Shown: in pieces, positions 27,280-40,286 of the stretch | Position numbering within the stretch: position 1 is the stretch's first letter | Layout: each line of letters opens with the position of its first letter | NCBI GenBank assembly: GCA_964016885.1 | Contig: OZ024743.1 | Coordinates: 227,230,001 to 227,294,000 of the forward strand | DNA: 64,000 nucleotides | Reading direction: 5' to 3' | Source of the DNA: Eledone cirrhosa | Lineage: Eukaryota | Notes under the pieces: generated by a model | What the model saw: the letters and a program-made list of their open reading frames with translations, nothing else | Database searches by the model: none | What the model was told of the DNA's origin: nothing | Program-made: the position numbers and the translations under genes

Positions 27280-27880
27280 GGTCACCAGTTGGTGCTACTG
27301 GTAACATGTATCCCAGTACAACCTGTCCCATGGTCGGGTCTTTGGCGACTAAACTGGCAACCCTAACAAGGTTTCTTGGTGAGGAGGGTGACTTTGGATA
27401 TCCTGCAGGACTAAAAACAAAACATGTCAAAGGGCAAAGGAGCTCTTAAGAGTCAATGGCCATCCAAAATCACCGGGAGAGATGACCCCTTAGCCTTTGT
27501 CAAGACAGAATTCTAGAAGGAAAACTCTGATATAACACCTGCAACCCTGATGGTATCCAATGATGTTGACTTGTTCTTCTTTTTGGTAAATATCATCTTG
27601 GTTAAGAGGGTGGGACTGGCTTTGTGCAGTGCCTTTGCTCACTATAAAAGCTTCACGGCACAGGCATTGCTTTATATCTGGTGATCGCTCTGCACTTGTC
27701 GTCACATGGTACCATGGGCCCAGCACCATGTGTCAATAATTGTCACAAGTGTAGTGTTTGTACCAGAGTTTTCAAGTCGCTGGCTGGACTAAAAGGTCAC
27801 ACTCGTTTAGCACATCGTTAGGGGTTCTCCTACATGGTTATAAAGTAGTGGCCGTACTCGAAAACGAGTTGGCAGCCACC
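27280..27880 (+). mobile_element. Non-autonomous bipartite RTE derivative (5' UTR joined to 3' end)
   Basis: RTE-type 5' UTR motif AGAAGGAAAACTCTGA; 3' part encodes CSVCTRVFKSLAGLKGHTRLAHR*; second copy at 49941-50396. Confidence 0.7.
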
Positions 27881-27995
27881 ATATATATATGTATGTCACC
27901 CCACCTCACTATCAAGCGTGAACCTAATATTAAGACTTTGTACTGCCTATTCGTTTCGTTTTTGTTTTTTTGTTTTCTGTTTTAACTATAATACA

Positions 27996-28034
<39 letters not shown>

Positions 28035-28257
28035 ATATATAAATAGTTATGTAGATATCTTTATATCTATATCCATCCAGCTCTCTCATCTCTTTCTCTC
28101 CCTCTCCCCCTCTCTCTCTTTCTCTCTCTCTATATATATACATATATATAGAGAGAGAGATATGTGTGTATGTGTGTCTCTCTAGTATGTGTATATATGT
28201 ATTTATGTGTGAATATACGTCTATGTGTATATGTATGTATATATATGTATGTATATG

Positions 28258-28308
<51 letters not shown>

Positions 28309-29189
28309 TATATATATGTGTGTGGGGAGGGGGGTATGCTTACTCCCTTGTATTCCTACGCTATCTTTATTCAACGCAAATTTAGTTTACCGAAGTTTGC
28401 TTTTTAGTCATTCATACGTTACTTCGATGCATATCTCTCTCTAACATGCCATATAAACCATCTGCAAATTGCTACATACGAAAACACAAAATGACAATTA
28501 ACAAAGCAGCCTCCGCCTGTACATTGAAAAACTAACTAGAAAAGCTACATGCACTGAAAGCTCTATCAAAAGCATTTCAATTACAATGAGATAACACAAA
28601 AGACAGGACAAATTTAGTTGCGATCGGGGAGCATCACCATGGTCCTGGACGTAGTGGCTAAAACAATCTTAAGAATATAAAGTATGGCGCAAAATAACCC
28701 CACTGGCTTCCAGTTAATTGAAAAACACAGTTAACACGAATGCATTGTTAGTCTCATTTTGGTTTCAATAGTACTTTGTATAACTTCAATTCAACTGAAA
28801 TTCCTTAGTACCAGCCTGAAGCCATTCAGTGCAAATTTGGTTTCCGATATTCCAGTGAGTTTATAATATCTATGTAATAGCCTTTTACTATTTTGCTACA
28901 GTGTTATCAACACACCTTGTATTCTTTATGTTGAAATCAAGACTGGATGCATACATACATTCATGCATACATACATACATACATACACACATGCATACTT
29001 ACTTCCTTACATACATAGATACAGGCATGCATGCATACATACAAAGATACATACATGCATGCGTACACACATACATGTATACATACATGCATAATTACAT
29101 ACATATATACATAAATACATACATACATACATACATATATACATAAATACATACATACATACATACATACATACATGTACATATATGAT

Positions 29190-29510
29190 GGTGCGTGGAT
29201 TAGAGGACATAGAGTTGAATTAACAATCGTGATGTGAGTTCGATTCCAAAACCAGGCGATGCATTGTTTCGTTGAGCAAGACACTTTATTTCCCGTTGCT
29301 CCAGTTCACTCAGCTGTAGAAATGAGTAGTGACGTCACTGGGGCCAAGTTGCCTCCGCCTTCACCTTTACCTCGGACAACATATGTGACGTGGAGAGGGG
29401 AGACTGGTATGAATTGACGTCTGCGGGTATTTCATAAAAGAACACCTTTCCCCGTTTCATGTCAATATGCAAAACCCATAGCCATTAGTAACCAAACGGA
29501 ATCTTTACCC
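29190..29510 (+). mobile_element. tRNA-derived SINE, second family
   Basis: B box GTTCGATTCC; TTGAGCAAGACACTTTATTTCCCGTTGCTCCAGTTCACTCAGCTG. Confidence 0.7.
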
Positions 29511-30137
29511 TATTTGTATATATACTCGGATACACGTATATTTACCTGTGTATGTATTTTTATTTATACATACATACATACGTACGTACATACATACAAT
29601 CGTATGGAGATGGAGAGAGAAAGGAGCTGGGCGGTGGTGACTGATTCGTGTTATTTATATATTTTGAAATCAAAATAACAGAGAAAAATAAAGAGCGAGG
29701 AAAGAAACAAAATTGACATGTAATATTTTAAATTTATGATATTTACATTGCAAAATAATACAAATCAGCACCATCTTCACTACAACACTTTCCCTCACCA
29801 TAAGCCGCTCTTTTTTCGTTGAACCAACGTGGAAACCTCTACATTGTCGTTCGACTCGCTAGAAATAATTTGCATAAAAGACGATATGTTCTCAAGGAAA
29901 TATCTTTGAATATATGTTTAGATATAAGTGTTTGACATGGGACTAAATAACAGCATCATTAACTAAAATAACAAGATCATGACCAATATCATTTCATCAC
30001 GACTATTACATGTCCATCGCTATTACAGCCACCTCACCTGTTATTCATGGTACCCCAGTCAGCATTATCAACATAGAATCTTCAGTCCCTCCTACACAAC
30101 AAATATGTTGCTATATCTCTTCCTATCCTTACTAATA

Positions 30138-30930
30138 ATTGTTTCTACTTTTGGCACAAGGCCAGCAATTATCCCAGTGCATTACTGGTACTTTATTTAA
30201 TCGACCCCGTAAGGATGAAAGGCAAAGTTAACCTCGGCGTCCAACCCTCTACCGATACTGCCAATCTACCGCCCTTGTGACGATAGTAATAATGGTTTCT
30301 GTTTTAGGCACAAGGTCAACAATTTTAGGGGAGGGAAAAGCCGATTAAATCGGGCCCAGTGCGTGACTGCTATAATATATTATCGAGCCCGTAAGGAAGA
30401 AAGGCAAAGCAATTCTTGGTGGGATTTGAACTCAGATCGTAAAGGCCCGTAACTCTATGCTGCAAAGCATGGCGTCCGACCCAAACGATACTGCCAATCA
30501 ACCAGGGCCGTTGATTGGCAGTATCGATAGAATGTCGGACAACATGCTATTCGGCATTGAGTTATGGCCCTTTACCGTCCGAATTCTAATCCCACCAAGA
30601 ATTGCTTTGCCTTTCTTCCTTACGGGCTCGATAATATATTATAGCAGTCACGCACTGGGCCCGATTTAATCGGCTTTTCCCTCCCCTAAAATTGTTGACC
30701 TTGTGCCTAAAACAGAAACCATTATTACTATCGTCACAAGGGCGGTAGATTGGCAGTATCGGTGGAGGGTTGGACGCCATGCTTTCCAGCATAGTTACGT
30801 CCCTTTACTATCTGAGTTCAAATCCCGCCGAGGTTGACTTTGGCTTTCATCCTTACGGGGTCGATAAAATAAAGTACGAGTAATGCACTGGGTAATTGCA
30901 GGCCTTGTGCCTAAAGTAGAAACAATTATT
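30138..30930. mobile_element. Head-to-head pair of SINE dimers forming a long inverted repeat
   Basis: 30138-30501 (-) vs 30511-30930 (+); core 30236-30426 vs 30588-30778 almost identical. Confidence 0.85.
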
Positions 30931-31419
30931 ACTATCGTCACCCTACTGACACCCAGAGCTTCCACCTTTTTCATAGCCAAATAGGACCACAACCACGACC
31001 ACAGTATATACTAAAACTGCCAGTCCCCAATAATACAGTCACCCCCACCGCAAACACAATATCATCCACTGCTAACACAAATACTGCCATTTTCGTAACT
31101 ATCACTAATATGGCTACCTCCATTTCTTAAACACCATTATTCCAATCACTTTCACCTCAATAACCACCATATTACCCGCACCACATTTATAACAAAAACA
31201 ATCACCACACTAATCGCTACCAACATCCTCACCACGATACCTACCAACACCTACAGCACCACAGCCACCATTACAACCACCACAAACACCACCCCAACTA
31301 CTACCACCACCACTACCACCACTACCGCCATTACCGTTGCCATTACAAATATCTCAACCTTCACTGCAACTACTACCAAAAGTCCCACGCGTGAAGCGTG
31401 CTTTAGCAGTTTTTTCGAG

Positions 31420-31890
31420 GTGAGGGTTGTTGGTGTTACGGATGTTGTTGTTGTTGTTGGTGGGTGGTGGTGGTGGTGGTGGTGTTGCTGGTGTTGATGT
31501 TGGAGGTGGTAGTAATGGTGGTGGTGGTGGTGTTGATGTTGGAGGTGGTTGTAATGGTGGTGGTGGTGGTGTTGATGTTGGAGGTGGTTGTAATGGTGGT
31601 GGTGGTAATGGTGGTGGTGGTGATGTTGGTGGTGTTGATGTTGGTGGTGTTGGTGTTGATGTTGGTGGTGGGGGTGGTAATGGTGGTGGTGTTGTTGGTG
31701 GTGATGTTGATATGGGTGGTGGTGGTGGTGTTGTTGGTGGTGGTGTTGATGTTGGTGACTTTGGGGTGTTGTTGTTGCTGTTGTTGGTGGCTGTCGTGAT
31801 GATTATGATGATGGAGGTGGTTGTGGTGGTGGTGGTAGTGGCAGCGGTGGTGGTGGTAGCGGTGGTGGTGGTGGCGGTGGTGATGATAGT
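31420..31890. repeat. (GGT/GTT)n low-complexity repeat
   Basis: Seen directly. Confidence 0.85.
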
Positions 31891-34160
31891 TTTCACAGCC
31901 CTGCTTGTTGTTATGTGTAATCATTTGTATTTACACGATATGATAAATAAAGGTCAGAAAGAACAATAACAGAGTTAACCGTGCCAGATGGGTGCGTATA
32001 TCTGTGTATGTGTCTGTGTGAATGTGAGGGAGTGTGTGTGTGTGTGTGAGTGTGTGTGTGAGTGCATATGACAGAATGAGGATGAGAGAAATAGTGTGTG
32101 TGTGTAAGTATATATATATATGACAGCGACATTGAGATAGTGTGCGTGTGTATGTCTGTGTAATAGTGGGATAAAAGACAAAGATAAATAGAAATAAAAA
32201 TAGAGAGAAATAAGAGGGAAATAAGTGAAGGGGAGGGAGAGAGAGAGAAATAGAAGCAGACAGAGAGAGAGGGAGAGAAAATTGCAATCCATGTGGAGAA
32301 GGAAAGTGAAATTGTATAAGACTTGAGAAAATAGTGAGATGGGGGGGGGGAGAGAAACGGTGTTAGGGAAGGAAGAGTGAAACACTAGCAAAAGACAAAT
32401 AAATCAGTGTAGAGAAAGAGATAGAGAGAGAAAGTGAGAGAGAGAGGGGAGAGAAAGAGAGAGAGTGAGAGAAAGCAAGAGAGACAGAGACCATTTGTTA
32501 TGTGCGTGTGCGAGAAAGTGTAAGGATTTTAAAGAGAGAAATAGAAAAAAATTATAAAAGACATAGAGAAAGGAAGGTTGATAGAACGTGTAAGGCAGCG
32601 AGAGGAAGATATATATATATATATATACAGAGAGAGAGCGAGAGAGAGGGAAGTGTTTGGTAGTATAGCTAGAGCTCTATCCAGATTCTACTTTTGTAAA
32701 ATGTCTAAAGCCAGACGTAAACATTAAAGAGATACCAAACTTTTCACCCAAATGCTCTTTCCAAGATATGTTTTCTCTCTTCTTTTAAACGTAAATAGTT
32801 TGTTACAAGGCTTTGTCAAGACATCTCTGTACACAAACATATCATTTGCTATTTAAACATTTTAAAGAGTTCTTCCCCCTAGATCTTATGTTTTAATGCT
32901 TTACCCCGGGAGCAAACGAGGTTACATCTACACAGTAGCTCGGTCGGCTAGAAGTAATAGGTAAATTTTTAAATAAATTGCACACTGTCTTTACAGAACG
33001 GACAATTTGGATAATCACATTCATCTATCCATACATCCTGAATACTGACCCCAGCGGAATACTTCAAGAGAAAGAGTGGAGGAAGCGAGAAAGAGAGATA
33101 GAGAGAGAGGTGGTGCTTAATCTCAGTACTAAACCGGTATTTTATTTATCAATCTCTAAAGAATAATAGACAAAGTAGACATCTGCGGAATTTGAAATCA
33201 AAACACAGAGGGCTGAGCGGAACACTTAGACGTACCACATCTGATGTTTTAACGATTCATGTTATAATAATCAGCCTGCAAAATCTTAGTGAAATCATAC
33301 CATACTACTTTTGGTGCACATATTGGGTAATGTCTTCTTAGATATAATATTCCTGAAGATGGGATGGTCATCAGTGGAACCCATTTCATTATATTTCAGC
33401 TGGATCAGAGCTGACAGGACTAGGCCAAGACGTCAATAGCCAATAAATCAACATTCTTCAATACCATTTTGTAAACAGTTAGCTGAGATGTTGAGATTTA
33501 TCACAATGTTTTCATAGATTAGCTGGATATAGTAGCCCGTAGTTGTTTAGTGTTGACTGTAGTGGTACATATCTAACTATAGTGACATGGTGGACAATCT
33601 AGGGATATAATAGGGACTGCAGTGACTCAACTGTGATAGTTGTGGTACACTGGTGACTCTTGTAGCATAGTAATAATTGTATTATTAAAATGCTGATAAC
33701 TGTGATAGAGTGACATAAGGTCGTAATGAACACACAGTAAAAGTACAAACACAAGCTGAGCACTGTGCGAGAAAACATGATCAAATGTGCCTCAGACATA
33801 TTCCGCATAGCAATTTTGAAACTGTAAAATGTAACTCAAGATGATTTCGTTGCTATTTCTAGTTGAGTGACTACATGGAAACTTCCACGGTCATGAGTAG
33901 AGTTGTGTAATGTTAGCTAATACATTTACTGGCGCTATCTGTGATACATATAAAGTAGCAACGCCTTTACTAAGATACGAATCATGGAGCTCCCAACTAG
34001 ATTTGCTCGTCAATGTAGATAAATATTGCATGGAAATAGAATATTATATTATTAGATTTGTGATAAGCTTTCAACGCTATTGATATAAATAGATATTTAA
34101 CGGACGTAAAGATATATATAAAGATATTTACATTCAGACACACACGTATACATATATGCG

Positions 34161-34370
<210 letters not shown>

Positions 34371-34378
34371 TATATATG

Positions 34379-35165
34379 CTAGCAGAATGGCCCGGCGTTG
34401 CTCGGGATTTGCTATAGGGTTCTTATATATTTGATATATATTTATCATTATCGAACCTCGTGAAATAAATACGTTTGTTTATATTTTGTTATTGTGTATG
34501 CAAAAATATCTGTCCATGAATATATAATTATATATATACATATATTAAAATAACAGACTAAAGTTTAAGCAAAGAATCACTGCTTTCACCCTTAACGGGA
34601 TATTCTACCTAAAAGCAGTATGAAGTACATACACTAAGACTAATTGATGTAATCTTTGGCCTTGTTTGTTTATATTTTGTTTTTGTGTGTGCAAAAATAT
34701 CTGTACACGAATATCTATATTAAAATAACATATTAATGTTTAAGCAAAGAATCGCTGCTTTCAACCTTAACGGGATCTTCTTAAACTAAAAAAATCAATC
34801 TGGAAAACAGGAAGACGATACTTTGGTTCGTGAAGACGTTCCCTGGCATAAGAATATATACACACACACACACTGATCGCGTCATAATGACGTAATGCAG
34901 ACAGTCAGGCATACAGACAGATATTATGAAGGCGTGACGTCATATCTATGTAACTATCAAAAAGAGAAAGACTAAGAGAAAGAGAAAGAGATCGCTAAAT
35001 CACCTAATGCGGTCCCTAGGGCATTGAAAATTTGAAATATTTTTTGCTCAAAACACTTCCGGTGTCATAGAAGTTACATGTATAAAGTTTGAAAAAAACC
35101 GGTTGGGTACTTCTCGCATTTTAGGGACACAGACACAAAGACATTCTCTGTTTTATATATATAGA
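34379..35165 (-). mobile_element. Non-autonomous Helitron
   Basis: Minus strand starts A|TCTATATATATAAAA and ends CCCGAGCAACGCCGGG hairpin + CCATTCTG + CTAG. Confidence 0.75.
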
Positions 35166-35179
35166 TATATATATATATA

Positions 35180-35382
35180 ACGAAGGAAATGTGGTAAGGA
35201 ACCAGGTGGACCATAACGCACCAAAGTACTCAATACTTGAGGTAGCAGAGTGGGTAATAGGAACCAGTAAGACCCCGACAGCTGAGCTCAAGCCGTTTCG
35301 ACGGCTAATTCTGGACTGGTGGACAATCTAGAATTAGCCGTCGAAACGGCTTGAGCTCAGCTGTCGGGGTCTTACTGGTTCC

Positions 35383-35385
<3 letters not shown>
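35180..35385. mobile_element. Family B palindromic insert with mirrored hammerhead 3' halves
   Basis: 59-bp arms 35257-35315/35327-35385; GAAA-CGGCT...AGCTG-TC. Confidence 0.75.
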
Positions 35386-35413
<28 letters not shown>

Positions 35414-35423
35414 ATATTTATAG

Positions 35424-35570
35424 ATGTGAGAAAAACCACAGACCCTCCATCTCAACTCTACTTTTGAAAAGCAGAAGAACTGCGAAACCGGTAAAGGAAC
35501 CAAATAAATATATATATTTTAAAAAAAAAGACTCCAGTTGCATTTTCGATTTCATCTCTTTTTCTTTATA
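35424..35570 (+). mobile_element. Family A element with a U3-A8 hammerhead motif (35460-35497)
   Basis: CTT-TTGAAAA-GCAG-AAGAA-CTGC-GAAA-CCGG-TA-AAG; flanked by (TA)n. Confidence 0.72.
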
Positions 35571-35708
35571 TATTTATATATATATTTACGCATATATGTA
35601 TATATATATATCATTTATATATATATATATATATATAATTTATAATAAATTGAAGTGAAACAATTGGTGGGTGTGTTTCTTATTGGCAACATGACCCTCC
35701 CAAATTAT

Positions 35709-35740
<32 letters not shown>

Positions 35741-35741
<1 letters not shown>

Positions 35742-36003
35742 CGATATTATAGACAGTTTTATAGATAAATAGATTTGACATACCGTTCAACATCGACTTG
35801 TATTTGAAAAGTTGATTTGGCAGATCAACTTTTCAAATACAAGTCGATGTTGAACGGTATGTCAAATCTATTTATCTATAAAACTGTCTATATTGTATTT
35901 TGTCTGAGGAAGGCATAGCATATTGTTAATATGATATCCCTGAAATATATATAATGAAATAAATATGGTTTTATAAATATAGTTTCCATTTATTTAATAT
36001 CGT
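35741..36003 (+). mobile_element. Penelope-pLTR-like insert with a 5' inverted duplication and a hammerhead (35896-35961)
   Basis: Arms 35749-35817/35823-35891; CTGAGGA (35904-35910), stem II AGGCATAGCATATT/AATATGATATCCCT, GAAA; homologue at 57442-57570. Confidence 0.75.
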
Positions 36004-36088
36004 AAATATACTCCAAATACTTGTTGAGTGCTTTTATATCAGTTATAAATATTTACTAGTTGTAACCCAACAATTTAAATATAACTTT

Positions 36089-36175
<87 letters not shown>

Positions 36176-36324
36176 TTCGTTTTTTGAATTTGTTTTGCAA
36201 GATTTCTCATCTGAAAACGTGTGTTGAAACAGATATTGTCATACTTTGGGAAGGTCATGCTGCCAATAAAAAAACACAAACCTGTTGGTTTGCACTTCAA
36301 TTTATTACAAATGGTTGGGTTGGG

Positions 36325-37268
36325 TAGAAGTTGTCTTACGCAGCATTATGACTGGATACTCTGACAACTGCGAGACCTCTGGAACGTTGATATGATATAT
36401 CTCGACTTTGCGAAGTCCTTTGACAAGGTTGATCATGGATTGATATGTCACAATCTACGTAACTTTGGCATAGCTGGAAAACTAGAGGAATGGTTTCATG
36501 TCTTCTTGGAAGACAAAAGCCAGACTTTTGCTAAAAAAACAAAAACGTCAATAACATGCGGCGTGCCCCTGGGAACCGTCTTTGGCCACTACTGTTTGTG
36601 ATGTCTCTCTCAGACACACCTTCTGTAATAGACAGTTTCCCTCATCTATGCTGATGACACAGAAGTAGCACTGTCAATCAAGAAACCGGCTGATGCTGGT
36701 ATTTTACTACGAGGTTTAGATGCCATATACGGATGGGCTGAAGAAAATAATATGCAATTTAATGCAGGTAAGTTTCAAATACTCCGCTATTAACCCACAA
36801 ACATAGGACCACCACATCAAAGGTACACAGGGCAAGGATGAATCGAAATCCCCGATATTGACATGAGCAATGATGTATCGTTTCAGCACACATCACTGAA
36901 ATGACGGCAATGTGCAGACGACTTGTGGATTGGATTCTGGGGACATTCAGGAGAAGAGACTCGGATAACATGTTAGTCCTCTGGAGGACGGTCACCCTCA
37001 GCCGACTGAACTATTGCTCTCAGCTGTAATCGCCTCACCGTGTAAAACTAACTGCAGAACTTGAAGCAATCCAGCGAAGTTACACCAAGAAGAGTGCCTT
37101 AAAGAAAGAAATGAGCTACTGGGAGAGGTTGAAAAATTAAAGCTTTGCTCCCTGGAACGAAGACGAGAGAGATACTCAGTGATATACATATGAATGATCC
37201 TGGAAGGATTAGCAGCAAATTTCGACATTGAAGACAGGACTGGTCCATGAAAAGGGCGCTACTGTGTA
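36325..37268 (+). pseudogene. Degenerate CR1/L2-group LINE reverse transcriptase fragment
   Basis: IYLDFAKSFDKVDHG, GVPLGTVFG, YADDT, LERRRERY, with frameshifts and stops. Confidence 0.8.
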
Positions 37269-37269
37269 G

Positions 37270-37361
37270 TTCAGCAAACAGGGGAGATAAAGCTGACAGA
37301 GCTCTGTTTCGTACTTGTTGGTACTTATCAAAGCTAAGTACTCCACCTGTTTACTGAAAAT
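37270..37361 (-). ncRNA. Type I hammerhead ribozyme with U3-A8 core and extended stem I
   Basis: AGCT-TTGATAA-GTAC-CAACAA-GTAC-GAAA-CAGAGCTCTG-TC-AGCT; distal stem TTCAGTAAACAGG.GGAG/CTCCCCTGTTTGCTGAA. Confidence 0.85.
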
Positions 37362-37866
37362 CATGAATGTTTGATTCTTATAGAATTCTAGTAATAATCA
37401 GGAACTGATTATGCATAGCGATTGCCGGTTAAGCAGAAATAGAAAATTAGAATTGGTGCTCTGAAATAGCGATATATATATGAATGTATATATAGTGTAT
37501 TTTGCAATACACTCTATGCTTAATTAAAAGCATTTCGAAGACCTTACGGTATTGTTTTAGAGTAGTGACAGTCTCACTTACTTTAAATTTTCAGTACGAA
37601 ATAGAGCTCTGTCAGCTTTATCTCCCCTGTTTGCTGAAAATTTAAAGTAAGTGAGACTGTCAATACTCTAAAACAATACCGTAAGGTCTTCGAAATGCTT
37701 TTAATTAAGCATACAGTGTATTTCAAAATACACTATATATACATTCATATATATATCGCTATTTCAGAGCACCAATTCTAATTTTCAACTTCTGCTTGAC
37801 CGGCAACCGCTCTGTATAATCAGTTCCTGATTATTACTAGAATTCTATAAGAATCAAACATTCATG

Positions 37867-37961
37867 ATTTTCAGCAAACAGGTGGAGTACTTGGCTTTGA
37901 TAAGTACCAAAAAGTACGAAACAGAGCTCTGTTAGCTTTATCTTCTCTGTTTGCTGAAAAT
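37867..37961 (+). ncRNA. Type I hammerhead ribozyme with U3-A8 core, second copy
   Basis: TTGATAA at 37897-37903, stem II GTAC/GTAC, GAAA, stem III CAGAGCTCTG, GUU triplet, long distal stem I. Confidence 0.8.
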
Positions 37962-38113
37962 TTAAAGTAAGTGAGACTGTCACTACTCTAAAACAATAGC
38001 GTAAGGTCTTCGAAATGTTTTAATTAAGCATACAGTGTATTTCAAAATACACTATATATACATTCATATATATATCGCTATTTCAGAGCACCAATTCTAA
38101 TTATTATTATTAT

Positions 38114-38189
<76 letters not shown>

Positions 38190-38201
<12 letters not shown>

Positions 38202-38697
38202 TGATGTTGTCTGTGTGTGTGTCCTCACTTTTGCAAAGTCAATACAAATCCACATTTCTACTCCGATCCACTTCAAACTTGCATTTATATATTCCTTGCG
38301 GTCTAAAGATATTAACTGCAGCTTTTATTTTTCAATTTTTTGCTGTTAAAGGGGTGTTAGGCGCCGGTTATCCATCTCCGTTGAGCTCTTATAATATCTG
38401 TCTGTGTGCCTGGCTGTCTTCATTACGACATTCTGACGAACATTGATGACGTATTATGTTCTCTATTATCCGTTGATTGCCAGGGAACGTCTTCAGGAAC
38501 CAAAGTATCGTCTTCCTGTTTTCTTTCGGTTGCAACGTTCTTCGAAATATTTACTTCTGCGTTCACAGATTGATGTTTTTAGTTTCAGAAGATCCCGTTA
38601 AGGGTGAAAGCAACGATTCTTTGCTTAAACTTTAATCTATTATTTTAATCTATATGTATATATATAAAATTGAGGAAGGATGTATGTGTGTGTGTGT

Positions 38698-38787
<90 letters not shown>

Positions 38788-39212
38788 AAACCCGAGAAGT
38801 ACCCAACCTATCTTTTTCAAACTTTACATGTGTATTACTTATATTTGAGGGAGTGTTATGCACATTAAAAAATTCAACTTTTTGATCCCCTAAGGCCAGC
38901 ATTAGGTGAAAAACTGCATTTTCTTTCAGATTTTTAAGGTTTTTTTGAGGCGTTACGTCAGACCGATTTCCTTGAAATTGTAACTATGTATTAGTCAGTC
39001 TCTTCTTCATACCGTGAGCAAAGAAAATCCAACTGTTGAAAACCTGCCTTTTTCCTGCTTCATCGAGGAAAATCTTAGATTATCCAGCCCTCAGAGTATT
39101 CGGTTTATTTTATTTACATATTATCTAGGCATGCAGTTTTTCCACGATTAAGTCTGTTGTCGGCCCGCGTTCCCAAATACCTTATTCCGTCTAACGCCGG
39201 GTACCACTGATA

Positions 39213-39213
<1 letters not shown>
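38190..39213 (+). mobile_element. Composite or nested non-autonomous Helitron-like elements
   Basis: Second 5' TC start at 38649; 38790-38910 matches 35000-35120 in reverse; 3' CCG..AACGCCGGG hairpin followed by a degenerate CTAG (ATAG). Confidence 0.6.
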
Positions 39214-39261
<48 letters not shown>

Positions 39262-39269
<8 letters not shown>

Positions 39270-40117
39270 ATGTTGAAAAGGTAACACACTAGAGAGAATA
39301 CATCAATAAAACAGGGAAAAACCACCAGTGTATGGAATCTATAACCTATGAAAGGCAGAATATAGACACGATAATTAAAAATATAAATTAAAGCGTAAAT
39401 AAATATCTCTATACCTATATAACACACGTTCAAATCCAAAGTGATCTGTTTCGCCTGTAAGTTGTTGACGGAAATGAAATAACCCAGGTTCATCAGGGTG
39501 TGTTAGGTTATACATTTCAGACTACACTAAGAGAATGTTTAAAGCGGCCGTCCAACTACACGTAGGAGAGAAAAGTCACAGCGTGTTTAAGGGCAGTGAA
39601 CCAGTGGCCTTTGAGAGACGAGCTGCTAAAAAGGGCAACCCATAACCACTCAGAGAAGTGTGCTCAACCAAACAGAGAAAGGTGAGAAAGACTGTTATAA
39701 GGAGCGAAATATCACGATACATTAACAGAGCCATAGACTCTCGCCGTTCCCTGTAAATAATGTGCTCAAAGGAGAAGAAATCCTGGGCACTTTAAAATAC
39801 AATATATTGAAAAAGTAACACACTAGAGGGAGATACAGTGCGCCATCAATAAAACAGGGAAAAAACCACCAGTGTATGCAATCTATAACCAATGAAAGGC
39901 AGAATATAGACACGATAATTAAAAATATAAATTAAAGCGTAAATAAATACCTCTATAATTTTACACTTTAATTTCCCTGTTTTATTGATGGCGCACTGTA
40001 TCTCTCTCTAGTGTGTTACCTTTTCAACATATTGTATTTTAAAGTGCCCAGGATTTCCTCTCCTTTGAGCACATTATTTATAGGGAACGGCGAGAGTCTA
40101 TGGCTCCGTTAATGTAT

Positions 40118-40124
<7 letters not shown>
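39262..40124. mobile_element. Retrozyme/pLTR-like locus: ~535-bp unit (~1.3 copies, - strand) plus an inverted arm; hammerhead at 39420-39505
   Basis: Direct repeat starting ~39262 and ~39797; 39972-40124 is the reverse complement of 39709-39860; minus strand has CTGATGA, stem II CCTG/CAGG, GAAA, stem III CAGATC/GATTTG, stem I TAACACAC/GTGTGTTA. Confidence 0.75.
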
Positions 40125-40174
<50 letters not shown>

Positions 40175-40286
40175 AAAATCGGAATTAAGAGTATTCCGCA
40201 GTTCACTGTAATAATAATAATAATAATAATAATAATAGTATTATTAGCTCAAAGAAGAATAGAGAATTTCCTTCCGAGCTCAAATG

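Larger units (their letters stand above)
37270..38102. mobile_element. Retrozyme-like locus: 320-bp unit, ~1 copy on - (37270-37594) and ~1.6 tandem copies on + (37594-38102)
   Basis: GTACGAAA recurs at 37594 and 37914; the left block is the reverse complement; one hammerhead per unit. Confidence 0.85.

Noticed and set aside
27280-27362. Possible HDV-like ribozyme at the 5' end of the RTE derivative (CCAGT/ACTGG, CTAA)
   Set aside because: P1, P3 and L3 could not be built convincingly by eye
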